A stretch of DNA of 16,691 nt from Armatimonadota bacterium. Its GTDB lineage: Bacteria > Sysuimicrobiota > Sysuimicrobiia > Sysuimicrobiales > Kaftiobacteriaceae. Within the stretch, counting starts at the first letter, position 1, and each line of letters begins with the position of its first letter. The notes below the pieces were generated by a model. That model had not been told where the DNA came from. It worked only from the letters and a program-made list of their open reading frames with translations, and searched no databases. Shown one piece after another: positions 6,452-15,296 of this stretch. The stretch lies in NCBI GenBank assembly GCA_037440005.1, contig JBBIUY010000043.1, positions 5,524 to 22,214 on the forward strand, in the 5' to 3' direction. Both the position numbers and the translations under genes were made by a program.

Positions 6452-7995
6452 CGTGGCCTCGCCTCATGCGCACGCTGCCGTTCGTCGTGATCGCCGGCCC
6501 GGACGGAGCCGGCAAGTCCACCGTCGCCCGAGCCCTGGCCGTGTCCATCGGCTCTGTGTACCGCTTCCACTGGCGGCCCGCACTGCTCCCGCACCACAGG
6601 GGGTCCCAGGACGGCTCCAGCCAAGCCGCTAGGCCACATGCACGCCGGCCCCACAGCGTAGGTGTTTCAGCGCTTCGGGTAATATATTTCGCCGCCGACT
6701 ACGTAGTCGCTCGCTTGGTCTGGCGTGTGCGTCCCCCTGGGGAACTCATCCTCGTTGAGCGGGGCTGGTGGGACATGGCTGTGGATCCGCGCCGCTATCG
6801 CCTGACGGTGCCGCCTTGGCTGACTCGGGCCCTCGGGCGACTGACGCCACAGCCGGACATGCTCATCGTGCTCGACGCGCCCGCCGATGTGCTCGTGCGT
6901 AGAAAGCAGGAGCTTTGTCTCTCCGAGCTCGACCGACAGCGACGGGCGTGGCTCGAGCTGACGATCCCGGGTGCCGAGAAAGTCGTCATCGACGCGACCA
7001 AAACGCCCGAGCAGGTGGTCGCTGCGGCCCGGGAGGCCATCGTCTCCTACCTCGAGCGGCGGACAGAGGCGCGTGCTATGTGGGGCTGGGCGGCGCTCCC
7101 GAGGCGGAGTTCCCCGCGCTTTTGGCTTCCGCGCGGCCCGCGGAGTGTGGCCGCGAAGGGCGTCACCATCTACCAGCCGGTCACTCCACAGGGACGGGTC
7201 GGGTGGGAGCTGGCACGCCTGGGGGCGAGCATCGGTGGGTTCCGTCTCCTGCCGCTGGGGCCAGCGCCGCCTCGTGAGGTGAGGGAGCGGCTCGCCAGCA
7301 TCCTACCACCTCGCAGCACGTACGCGGTTATGCGAGCCAACCACCGCGGCCGCTGGGTGGCTCTGATCCTGCGCGAAGACGGGCGGCCCCATGCGGTCGC
7401 GAAGGTAGCGGTCACCCCGGAGGGAAAGGTAGCCCTGGCCCGCGAGGCGCGTGCCCTTCGGGAGCTCCCGCGCGAGCTGCCAGCACCGCTCCGCGCTCCA
7501 GGGGTCCTCGAAGAGGCTGACGGCTTGTTGCTCCTGGATGCAGTCGACTGGCAGCCGAGGAGCCGGCCGTGGTGGCTGGAGCCGACCGTCGCGCGGGCCC
7601 TCGGGGCCTTCTGGCGTCAGACAGGCCACGCCCACGGTGACGTGGCCCCCTGGAACCTCCTCAGGGCCGACCGGGAGTGGGTGCTCTGCGACTGGGAGGA
7701 CGCGGCGGCCTGCGAGGTTCCCGGCTGGGATCTCTGGCACTGGGTCTGCCAGGCCCACGCCCTCCTTGGGCGGCCCCGGCACCGGGCCATCCTCGAGGGC
7801 CTGGCCGGGCGGGGCTGGGTCGGGGAGGCCGTGGCGGCCTACGCCGCGGGCGCGGGGATCGACCGGGATGCTCTCTGCGCGGGGCTAGCCGTCTACCTCG
7901 AGAGGACCCTTGCCAGCCTCAATGCAAGCACGCCCGACGGCCGCCGAGGCCTGGCCGCCCGGCGGATGCTCCTGGGGGAGGTGCGTAGGACTTGA
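6448..7995 (+). CDS. Fusion protein (515 aa): thymidylate-kinase-like P-loop domain plus APH/choline-kinase-like phosphotransferase domain
   Basis: ATG 6448 overlaps the upstream stop (ATGA). N-terminal VVIAGPDGAGKST (Walker A), ILVERGWWD, PQPDMLIVLDAP. C-terminal AVAKVA, REARAL, HGDVAPWN, LCDWED, GWDLWH (protein-kinase-like fold motifs). Confidence 0.8.
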   Translation: MTWPRLMRTLPFVVIAGPDGAGKSTVARALAVSIGSVYRFHWRPALLPHHRGSQDGSSQAARPHARRPHSVGVSALRVIYFAADYVVARLVWRVRPPGELILVERGWWDMAVDPRRYRLTVPPWLTRALGRLTPQPDMLIVLDAPADVLVRRKQELCLSELDRQRRAWLELTIPGAEKVVIDATKTPEQVVAAAREAIVSYLERRTEARAMWGWAALPRRSSPRFWLPRGPRSVAAKGVTIYQPVTPQGRVGWELARLGASIGGFRLLPLGPAPPREVRERLASILPPRSTYAVMRANHRGRWVALILREDGRPHAVAKVAVTPEGKVALAREARALRELPRELPAPLRAPGVLEEADGLLLLDAVDWQPRSRPWWLEPTVARALGAFWRQTGHAHGDVAPWNLLRADREWVLCDWEDAAACEVPGWDLWHWVCQAHALLGRPRHRAILEGLAGRGWVGEAVAAYAAGAGIDRDALCAGLAVYLERTLASLNASTPDGRRGLAARRMLLGEVRRT

Positions 7996-8059
7996 GTGAG
8001 GGCCTTGCGACCGCGTCTCGTTCAGAGTCATCCCTTTTGTCAAGCAAGGGGGCGAGTCT

Positions 8060-9358
8060 GTGAGGGTCCTGGTTTCCGCCTACGCCTGCGAGCCCGGCAG
8101 GGGCTCCGAGCCCGGGGTCGGCTGGAACCTGGCCAGGCACCTGGCCCGATACTGCGAGGTCTGGGTCCTCACCCGGGCCAACAACCGGCCGGCCATCGAT
8201 GCCGAGCTGGCCCGCAACCCGGTACCCGGCCTGCACTTCCTCTATTACGACCTGCCGGCGTGGGCGCGGTGGTGGAAGCGGGGCCAGCGCGGGGTGCACC
8301 TATACTACTTCCTCTGGCAGGTGGGCGCTTACTTCGTCGCCAGGCGGGTCCACCGCGCGGTGGGCTTCGACTTGGTCCACCACGTGACTTTCGTCAAGTA
8401 CTGGATGCCCAGCTTCCTGGCCCTGCTCCCGGTGCCCTTCGTCTGGGGGCCCGTGGGCGGGGGCGAGTCAGTACCGCTGGCCTTCTGGCCCAGCTTCGGC
8501 CCGCGGGGGATACTCTACGAGGCCCTGCGCACCCTGGCACGGTGGCTGGGGGAGCACGATCCCTTCGTCCGCCTCACGGCCCGCCGCGCGGTCCTGGCCC
8601 TGGCCACGACGGAAGAGACGGCGGTCCGGCTCCGGCGCCTGGGAGCAAAGACGGTAGAGGTGCTCAGCCAGGCAGCCCTGCCCGCGAAGGAGCTGGAGGC
8701 GCTCTCCCGCCTTTCGCCTCCGCCGCCGCGGCCCGTGCGGTTCCTCAGCGTAGGCCGGCTGCTGCACTTGAAGGGGTTCCACCTGGGCCTCGCGGCCTTC
8801 GCCCGTAGCGGGCTCCGGGACGCGGAGTACTGGCTGGTGGGCGATGGCCCCGAGCGGCGCCGCCTGGAGCGGCTGGCGCGCCAGCTGGGGATCGCGGACC
8901 GGGTCCGCTTCTGGGGCCAGCTGCCCCGCAGCGGGGTGCTGGAGCTCCTGGGCCAGTGCCACGCCCTGGTGCACCCTAGCCTCCACGACTCCGGCGGCTG
9001 GGTGTGCCTGGAGGCCATGGCGGCGGGTAGGCCGGCGATCTGCCTGGACCTGGGCGGCCCGGCGTTGCAGGTGACGGAGGAGACGGGTTTCAAGGTGCCG
9101 GCCCGCAACGCGGAACAGGCCATTGACGACATGACACGCGCCATGCTCACGCTGGCGCGGGATCCCCAGTTGGGATTGCAGATGGGCGAGGCGGCCCGCT
9201 ACAGGGTGCAAGAGCATTTCACGTGGGAGACAAGGCGGTCTCAGCTAGCCACACTGCTTTCCGAGGTTCTCAAGATGCCGTTTGTTGGAAGAACCTCCGA
9301 TTGGCTGTCGGAGGGAGTTCCTACAAGCCGCTCCGATATCCGGGAGACCCTATTGTGA
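8060..9358 (+). CDS. Glycosyltransferase family 4 (GT-B)
   Basis: MRVLVSAYACEPGRGSEPGVGW, PFVWGPVGGGE, VGRLLHLKG, VGDGPER, PSLHDSGGWVCLEAMAAGRPAICLDLGGP. Possible RBS AAGGGGG at 8046-8052. Confidence 0.93.
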   Translation: MRVLVSAYACEPGRGSEPGVGWNLARHLARYCEVWVLTRANNRPAIDAELARNPVPGLHFLYYDLPAWARWWKRGQRGVHLYYFLWQVGAYFVARRVHRAVGFDLVHHVTFVKYWMPSFLALLPVPFVWGPVGGGESVPLAFWPSFGPRGILYEALRTLARWLGEHDPFVRLTARRAVLALATTEETAVRLRRLGAKTVEVLSQAALPAKELEALSRLSPPPPRPVRFLSVGRLLHLKGFHLGLAAFARSGLRDAEYWLVGDGPERRRLERLARQLGIADRVRFWGQLPRSGVLELLGQCHALVHPSLHDSGGWVCLEAMAAGRPAICLDLGGPALQVTEETGFKVPARNAEQAIDDMTRAMLTLARDPQLGLQMGEAARYRVQEHFTWETRRSQLATLLSEVLKMPFVGRTSDWLSEGVPTSRSDIRETLL

Positions 9359-9364
9359 TCGGAA

Positions 9365-10239
9365 GTGGGCATCGCGAATGGTCGTCGGCGGGTACGTTGG
9401 CAGCATCTGCAGCGCTGGCAGCGCTCGGTAAGCTACTCTTCGCTGTGCTGGCGGCGGGCCGACCTCATCCTTGTCCAGAACCCCGAAACCCGCGCGTTCC
9501 TGCCGCGCCGATACCGTGTGAAGACCAAGCTTCCTCCCAACAGTGGCCTGCTGGATCTCCACGCTCCGCCGCGGGCGGTCCGTCCCTTTCGCAAGAGTGG
9601 AGGGATTGCACTGTTTGCGGGTGACTCATCCCCTGGAAGAGCCTAGCCCTCGCGATCCGGGCGGTTGCGGCGACTACCGGTTGGCGCTTGGTCGTCTGCG
9701 GCGACGGGCCCGACCGAGGCCGCTTGGAGTGTCTCGCACGTCGCCTCGGTGTGGCTGAACGGGTCGGGTTCCGGGGATGGGCCCCGCGGGATGAGCTGCT
9801 GCGGGTGATGCGCGAGGAGGCGGACGGCTTTCTCTTCCCGAGCCTCCACGATGAGGCGCTTTTCGTAGTGGCGGAGGTGCTCACCTGCGGCCTGCCCGTG
9901 ATCTGCTTCGACCGCGGCGGATCGCCGGTGGCGACCTCACGCGGCGCGGTGGCAACCCGGCCAGGACAGGCGGGGGCGGTACATGAACTGGGACACACCC
10001 TCAGGAGGGCAAGCAGGCACGACGTTCTGGTCCTGCGCGCCCACCGCCTGGCCGCAGGAGAAGAAAGCCTGGTTGAACGTCTGCGGGGTCACATCTCCGG
10101 GCGGGTGATACGCGAGCGTACTGGCGTCAATCTGTCGAACCCGGGCAGGTCGTTGCCTACCCATGGCCGGGGCCATGATCGTCGGTCTGCCCAGCTTCCG
10201 GTCCTACCCTGCGACCGGCGAGGTGAACAGGTGCCGTGA
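9365..10239 (+). pseudogene. 5'-truncated, frameshifted GT4 of the same subtype as the upstream gene
   Basis: WRRADLILVQNPET...ALFAG, then a frameshift near 9622 to LIPWKSLALAIRAV...VCGDGPDRGRLE...FLFPSLHDEALFVVAEVLTCGLPVICFDRGG. The N-terminal part of the GT-B fold is not recognisable. The left boundary is approximate. Confidence 0.8.
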
Positions 10240-11672
10240 AGGTGATCGCCGCGAGCAGGCCCAGGTCAGCGGCTCTCTGGGCGGTGTCCTTCGCCTGGGC
10301 GTTCGTCGTTGGGACCCTGATCCCGCTCGCCCCAGACGCTGCGCTCGTGGTCGGAGCCGTCGGCGTGGGCTCAGCCCTGCTCCTCGGTCCGGTGGCCGCG
10401 TGGGCGGCGGCGGCGCTCCTGGCCTCCATCCTTCTGCCCGGGCTCGCGAATCTCGGATGGGTGTCTCGACTCGCCGGGCTCATCGATATTCCGCTGGCTT
10501 GGGGCGCGCTCGCCGCGGCGGGGTTACATGCCGCCGCCCGTCGGGCGCCGAACCCCGGCGGTTCCTTCGTGCGCCTGCTGGCGGCCCTGGTTGGGGTCGT
10601 CGCCCTGTCCCATGCACTTAATGGGACCGTGGAGGTCGTCCGTTCGATCTCATACCTGCTTCTTCTCGGCCAGCCTCTCGCGCTGGTCGTAGCGTTCGTG
10701 ATCGAGCCGCCCTCCATGCGGGCAGTGCGGTCGCTCTCATCGCTGGTCATCGCCCTGGCGGCGATCCAGGTGCCCACAGCCCTGTACCAGGCGATCGCGC
10801 TGGGATTGAGCGACCCGGTCCAGGGCACCCTCTACGGCAAGGGCGCCGGTGCCCACCTGGTCGGCGCTTTTACGCTCATGGTCGCGCTATGGCTGGCAGC
10901 GAGCCCCGGCGGAGTGTCCTCTCGTGCCCGCCCCCTGGCGCTGATGCTTCTGCCCGTGTCATTCCTCGCCGACGCCAAGACTCCCCTCCTTGCATCGGTG
11001 CCTATGTTGTTGGCCAGCGGACGAAGGCGTAGCTTCGTGCGCCCTCGCACCCTCGTGATCGCAGTGCTCGCTGCGCTATTGCTGGCATACTCACCTGGGC
11101 AAGTTGCACTGGACTTCCTGCGCCGCGCCTGGGCTGGTGAGTGGGGCAAGTTGAAGGTGGCGGAGGTCGTATGGCGGGAGATCTCTGCTTCCCCGGCAAC
11201 CCTGCTCTTCGGGACAGGCCCAGCGACGACCGTGAGCCGCGCCTCATTCATGACGACCGACCTGCTCCTGAAGCCCGAGAGCCCCGTCGCTCTCCTGGGG
11301 CTCCGTCCGTCACGCGTCGCTCTCGAGGTGGACGCGGCGATCAAGGCATTGGGCGTGGGAGCTACGTCCTTCAACAGCGGGCAATCGAGCGCGCTGGGCG
11401 TTCTGGGGGATCTGGGTATTCTCGGCCTCGTCGTCTACCTCTCGTTCGTGGTTGTTGTCGTCCGTCGGCTCTGGGAGACGGCAACGCCCGCGGCCAGGGC
11501 CGTCGCCCTGGCGTGGGTTATGCACCTCGCCCTAGGCATCGTCTTCGACTGGTGGGAGGAGCCGCCGTTCACGGTGCTCCTGGCGACGCTGACGGGCCTG
11601 GAACTCGCCCGTCGGTCTTCACAGCCGGCGTCGTCGCCCGCTGGACGCGTGGTGCAGGCGCGGGGGGGCTGA
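10236..11672 (+). CDS. Multi-pass membrane protein, probable Wzy polymerase / O-antigen-ligase-like
   Basis: 478 aa with many hydrophobic segments. DPVQGTL loop, LLFGTGPA in a large late loop, GDLGILGL afterwards, which is the architecture of the Wzy_C/WaaL group. Operon context supports it. Confidence 0.7.
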   Translation: MKVIAASRPRSAALWAVSFAWAFVVGTLIPLAPDAALVVGAVGVGSALLLGPVAAWAAAALLASILLPGLANLGWVSRLAGLIDIPLAWGALAAAGLHAAARRAPNPGGSFVRLLAALVGVVALSHALNGTVEVVRSISYLLLLGQPLALVVAFVIEPPSMRAVRSLSSLVIALAAIQVPTALYQAIALGLSDPVQGTLYGKGAGAHLVGAFTLMVALWLAASPGGVSSRARPLALMLLPVSFLADAKTPLLASVPMLLASGRRRSFVRPRTLVIAVLAALLLAYSPGQVALDFLRRAWAGEWGKLKVAEVVWREISASPATLLFGTGPATTVSRASFMTTDLLLKPESPVALLGLRPSRVALEVDAAIKALGVGATSFNSGQSSALGVLGDLGILGLVVYLSFVVVVVRRLWETATPAARAVALAWVMHLALGIVFDWWEEPPFTVLLATLTGLELARRSSQPASSPAGRVVQARGG

Positions 11673-11677
11673 GCCCC

Positions 11678-12823
11678 GTGAGGATCGTTGTAGTGGTCGG
11701 GACGCTCTTCCCCGCAGTCCTTCCGGTGTGGGAGGCCTGCCGCACGCGCGGCGTGGACGTCCGCGTCATCGGGACCACGTGGAGTCCGTACTCCGGCGTC
11801 TTTCCCTGGCGGCCGACCAACGCTCACGAGGTGGTGGCTGCCGACTTGCGGCCCGCAGTCTCCACGCGCCGTGGACACCTCTGGTGGTGGTATCGGGGCC
11901 TCGGGAATGTGCTTGGCCGCCTGAAGCCTGACCTCGTCCATGTCGCGATCGAGCCCTGGGGGCTTCCCGTGATACAAGTCCTGGCCCAAAGACGGCATCG
12001 CGGCGCACCGAGGGTGGTGGCCCATGGGGCGGAGACGCTGCCCGAGCAGGGAGGAACGTTGGAACGATGGGTGCGACTCCAGGTGCTGAGGCAAACATTG
12101 ACGTGGCTGGACGGCTATGTCGGGTGGTCAGCCCTGGCAGTATCGGCCATGCGGCGGGCGGGCCTCCCGGTGGAAACGCCGACCGCGGTCGTGCCTGCTG
12201 TGCTGCCGGACCCGAATGTGTTCCGCCCGCCCTCCGACGATGAGATCGCCGCTGCCCGTGCCCGTTTCGGACTCCCACCGGCTGGTCACGCCACGGTCGT
12301 TGGTTTCATCGGCCGACTCGTGCCCGAGAAGGGGGTGGACGACCTCGTGGCGGTCGCCAGGCGGCTCGGTGGCTCGCGTATCGCGTTCGCCGTGTGGGGA
12401 GCGGGTCCGCTCCGCGCTTCCCTCGCGGCACGTCTCGGCCGCGCGGGGGCGATCCTGGGGCCGCTTGACCACCGAGAGGTTGCTACGGCGCTTCATGCCT
12501 GCGACCTGGTCATGATGCCGAGCAGACGCACGGCGAGCTGCGAGGAGCAGTTCGGCCGGGTCGCTGTCGAGGCCATGATGTGCGGCCGTCCTGTCGTCGC
12601 CTATTCGACGGGGGCGCTTCCCGATGTGGTGGGTGAAGGTGGTGTTCTGGTTCCCGAAGGAGACGTCGAGGGCCTGGCAAGGGCGGTCGGGCACCTCGCC
12701 GAATCGCCGGAGCGGAGGGCGGCACTAGGAACGTGCGCCTTGCATCGGGCGAGATCCCGGTTCTCGCCGACCGCTGCGGCGACGAGGCTTATCGCGTTCT
12801 GGGAGGAGGTGCTCAGGCGATGA
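11678..12823 (+). CDS. Glycosyltransferase family 4 (GT-B)
   Basis: Start trimmed to GTG 11678 (MRIVVVVG). KPDLVHVAIEPW, GFIGRLVPEKGV, EEQFGRVAVEAMMCGRPVVAYSTGALPDVVG. Confidence 0.92.
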   Translation: MRIVVVVGTLFPAVLPVWEACRTRGVDVRVIGTTWSPYSGVFPWRPTNAHEVVAADLRPAVSTRRGHLWWWYRGLGNVLGRLKPDLVHVAIEPWGLPVIQVLAQRRHRGAPRVVAHGAETLPEQGGTLERWVRLQVLRQTLTWLDGYVGWSALAVSAMRRAGLPVETPTAVVPAVLPDPNVFRPPSDDEIAAARARFGLPPAGHATVVGFIGRLVPEKGVDDLVAVARRLGGSRIAFAVWGAGPLRASLAARLGRAGAILGPLDHREVATALHACDLVMMPSRRTASCEEQFGRVAVEAMMCGRPVVAYSTGALPDVVGEGGVLVPEGDVEGLARAVGHLAESPERRAALGTCALHRARSRFSPTAAATRLIAFWEEVLRR

Positions 12824-14097
12824 CCCCGTGGGCGCGCTCCGCGCGCCCACCGTCCAGCGCCCGCGCCTTATGGGGCGCCGCCTCACAGGCGCTTAACTCC
12901 GCGAGTAACTTCCTCCTGACGCTTGCGGCCGCGCGGCTGATGGGGCCCGAGGGAGTCGGGGTCGTAACGATCGCCTTCACCTCCTATCTGTTCGTCCTCG
13001 GCTTCCACCGCGCCCTTGTGAGCGAGCCCTTCATCGCCGCCACGGCTCCGTCCTCGGGCGAGGCACGCGCCAGGGGTGCGGCGCACGCGGGCGTCCTGAC
13101 GCTGATCGCGGGGCTCATCGTCGCAGCGCTTGTCGCGCTCGTCTCGGTTCTCCTTCTCCGCCGGCCGTGGGGAGCCGCCGGTCTGGCGCTCTCGGCGTGG
13201 CTCCCTCTCCTCCTCCTCCAGGATCTCTGGCGATCCACGTTGTTTAGGGACCGTCGCGGCTCCTCCGCGGCGCTGCTCGACCTGCTCTGGCTGGCGGTGA
13301 TGGGCGCGTGCATCTCGCTGCTGAGGCAGCCCTCGGCGGCGGCTCTCGTCGCGAGCTGGGGGCTGGGCGGCGGTGTGGGTGGATTCGTCGGCTGGTGGCT
13401 GGTCCGGGTGGGCCGCCCGAGGCTGGGCCGCGCCATAGGCTGGTGGCGACGCGAGCTGCTCCCCTTCGGTCGGTGGCTCGCGCTGGAGGGGATCGTGTTC
13501 CACGCCGGCGCGTGGGGAACGACAGTGCTCCTCATGGGCTTCCTCGGTGCCGAAGCCTTGGGAGCTATCCGTGCGGTGCAGTCGCTGTTCGCGCCGATGT
13601 CCCTACTGGGGCCCGCCATCGCCCTGCCGGGCCTCCCCGAGGTTGCGCGTCGGCTTTCCGCCGATGCGTCCGCTGCGCGGCGGTACGCGTCCGGGCTGTC
13701 GGTGGCGGCGGTCGCTCTCACCGCCGTCTACGTCACCGTAGGAGCGTCGTTCTCCCGGATCCTCTCGCTGGTCTTCGGTGCATCGTTCGCGAGGTACGAG
13801 TACTTGATCTGGCCCGTCGGCGTTGGACAGCTAGCTGCCTCTGCTGCCCTGGGGGCCGTGCTGTTGTTGAAGGCGGCGCGTGCGGGCACGGCGCTCCTCA
13901 CGCTCCGGGCCTGGCAGGCCGCCACGGCCCTGTTGGTTGTGACGGTCGCCGGCCCTCATGGGCTCCGCGTGCTTGCCTGGTGGCAGGCCGCCGCGGCCTG
14001 GTTTGTAGCCGTCGCCTACGTGGGGGCCGCCCTTAAGGTTTCTCCGGAGCCACGTGTTCCCCTACTCGTCGCGCCCGAGCGAGGAGATGCGAGATGA
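12820..14097 (+). CDS. Wzx-like flippase / polysaccharide export membrane protein (425 aa)
   Basis: ATG 12820 with RBS GGAGGAGG and an ATGA overlap. Many hydrophobic segments. SQALNSASNFLLTLAAAR...GFHRALVSEP N-terminus and LGAEALGAIRAVQSLFAPM, typical of the MOP/Wzx-like group. Confidence 0.78.
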   Translation: MTPWARSARPPSSARALWGAASQALNSASNFLLTLAAARLMGPEGVGVVTIAFTSYLFVLGFHRALVSEPFIAATAPSSGEARARGAAHAGVLTLIAGLIVAALVALVSVLLLRRPWGAAGLALSAWLPLLLLQDLWRSTLFRDRRGSSAALLDLLWLAVMGACISLLRQPSAAALVASWGLGGGVGGFVGWWLVRVGRPRLGRAIGWWRRELLPFGRWLALEGIVFHAGAWGTTVLLMGFLGAEALGAIRAVQSLFAPMSLLGPAIALPGLPEVARRLSADASAARRYASGLSVAAVALTAVYVTVGASFSRILSLVFGASFARYEYLIWPVGVGQLAASAALGAVLLLKAARAGTALLTLRAWQAATALLVVTVAGPHGLRVLAWWQAAAAWFVAVAYVGAALKVSPEPRVPLLVAPERGDAR

Positions 14098-15026
14098 GCG
14101 CGCTACGGTGGGCGCTCCATCACCCCGCTAACCACGGCCATCGCGCCTGGGTATTGCGGCGGTGGATCGGACACCAGATCGTGAAGCGATTGGCGCCCGG
14201 ACTCCGCGCCCGCCGCCGGGTAGCTGAGGGCGCGATCGTGGGACCCAGTTCGCACCCCACCATCTGTCTCTGCACGTACGTCCGCCATGGTCTCGTGGAC
14301 GTGGACGCCTTCGTCGTCTATGCGGCGATCCTGAACGCTGGCGACCACTTCTGCGACGTGGGCGCGGGCATCGGGTTGCACGCGGTGGTCGCCAGCTCTT
14401 TCGTGGGCCGCGAGGGAAGGGTCGTCTGCGTGGAGCCTGATCGTCTCGAACGAATGTGGCTGGCCCACACACGAACCCTCAACGGCGCAACATGGGAGAT
14501 CGAACCCCGGCCGCTCGCGGAACGCAAGCGCCAGCTCGCTTGGCACTCCCCAGGCGCGACGACGGGGCATCTCGTGCAGCCGCCGTCGGATCGCTGCGAC
14601 CCGGCCGTCGAGACCTCGACGCTGGATGAGCTCGTCGTCAGCCTCAGGTTGGATCCCGGCCGGCTTTTCATCAAGATCGACGTGGAGGGCTGGGAGCCCG
14701 CCGTCGTCGCTGGGGGGCTCAGTACCATCAGGGCGGGGGTGAAGGGCATCTGGCTCGAGGCCAATGGACTTCAGGGACGGTGCGACATCTCGTGGGGGGA
14801 GGCGGTTGCCGCACTTCTGTCGTGTGACTACCGTCCCTACCTGATCGATGTGGAAGCGAGGCTCGTGGAGAGGGCGCCGGAGAACGTTCCCGCCATGAGT
14901 CCCAGCGGCAACTATCTCTTCTTGCCTGGAGAGGCGGGCGTGGACCGTATCGTCTCGGTGCTGGACGAGTGGCAGACCGTCCTCGGAGGAAGCCGCCAAA
15001 CTCGCCGCCCCCGTCCCCATAACTGA
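14094..15026 (+). CDS. Second FkbM-family methyltransferase
   Basis: FCDVGAGIGLHA, VVCVEPD, STLDEL, FIKIDVEGWEPAVVAG. RBS GAGGAG and an ATGA overlap. Confidence 0.87.
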   Translation: MSALRWALHHPANHGHRAWVLRRWIGHQIVKRLAPGLRARRRVAEGAIVGPSSHPTICLCTYVRHGLVDVDAFVVYAAILNAGDHFCDVGAGIGLHAVVASSFVGREGRVVCVEPDRLERMWLAHTRTLNGATWEIEPRPLAERKRQLAWHSPGATTGHLVQPPSDRCDPAVETSTLDELVVSLRLDPGRLFIKIDVEGWEPAVVAGGLSTIRAGVKGIWLEANGLQGRCDISWGEAVAALLSCDYRPYLIDVEARLVERAPENVPAMSPSGNYLFLPGEAGVDRIVSVLDEWQTVLGGSRQTRRPRPHN

Positions 15027-15044
15027 CCAGTGGACTGGTTAGCG

Positions 15045-15296
15045 GTGCGGGTTCTCGTCCTCTACTCTCGGTACCGGTCGGGTCCAACCTCCGGCGAGAA
15101 CCATGTGGTGGACGACGAGGTGCGGCTGCTGTGCGAGGCGGGCCACGAGGTGCGGCTGCTGGATCCTGAGGCGATTTCGGCCATCCGTGCAGCCTTCGGC
15201 GTCGTTTGGGACGCGCACCGGGCGGCGGTTGCGCATTGGGCGGCGGTGGCGCAGGAAACCAGGGCCTCGTCCTTCGGTGTGGCACTCCTTCGGTGA
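15045..15296 (+). pseudogene. N-terminal fragment of a GT4, homologous to the following gene
   Basis: VRVLVLYSRYRSGPTSGENHVVDDEVRLLCEAGHEVRLLD versus the next gene's VRVLVLHNRYREPGGEDAVVEAECFLLRDAGCEVHRLD. Only 83 aa, with no C-terminal domain. Confidence 0.8.

Noticed and set aside
6448..7995. Annotation as housekeeping tmk or as an aminoglycoside-resistance gene
   Set aside because: Only fold-level motifs match. The fusion architecture, altered DRx motif and glycan-operon context argue against both.
8032..8050. CCCTT..AAGGG hairpin as terminator or RBS-sequestering switch
   Set aside because: Only a 5-bp stem with no U-tract; too weak to support.
4393..15292. ORF-track starts at 4393, 4767, 6253, 11141, 12733 and 15206
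   Set aside because: They overlap upstream genes extensively. Starts at 4558, 5322, 6448, 11678, 12820 and 15293 fit coupling and domain boundaries.
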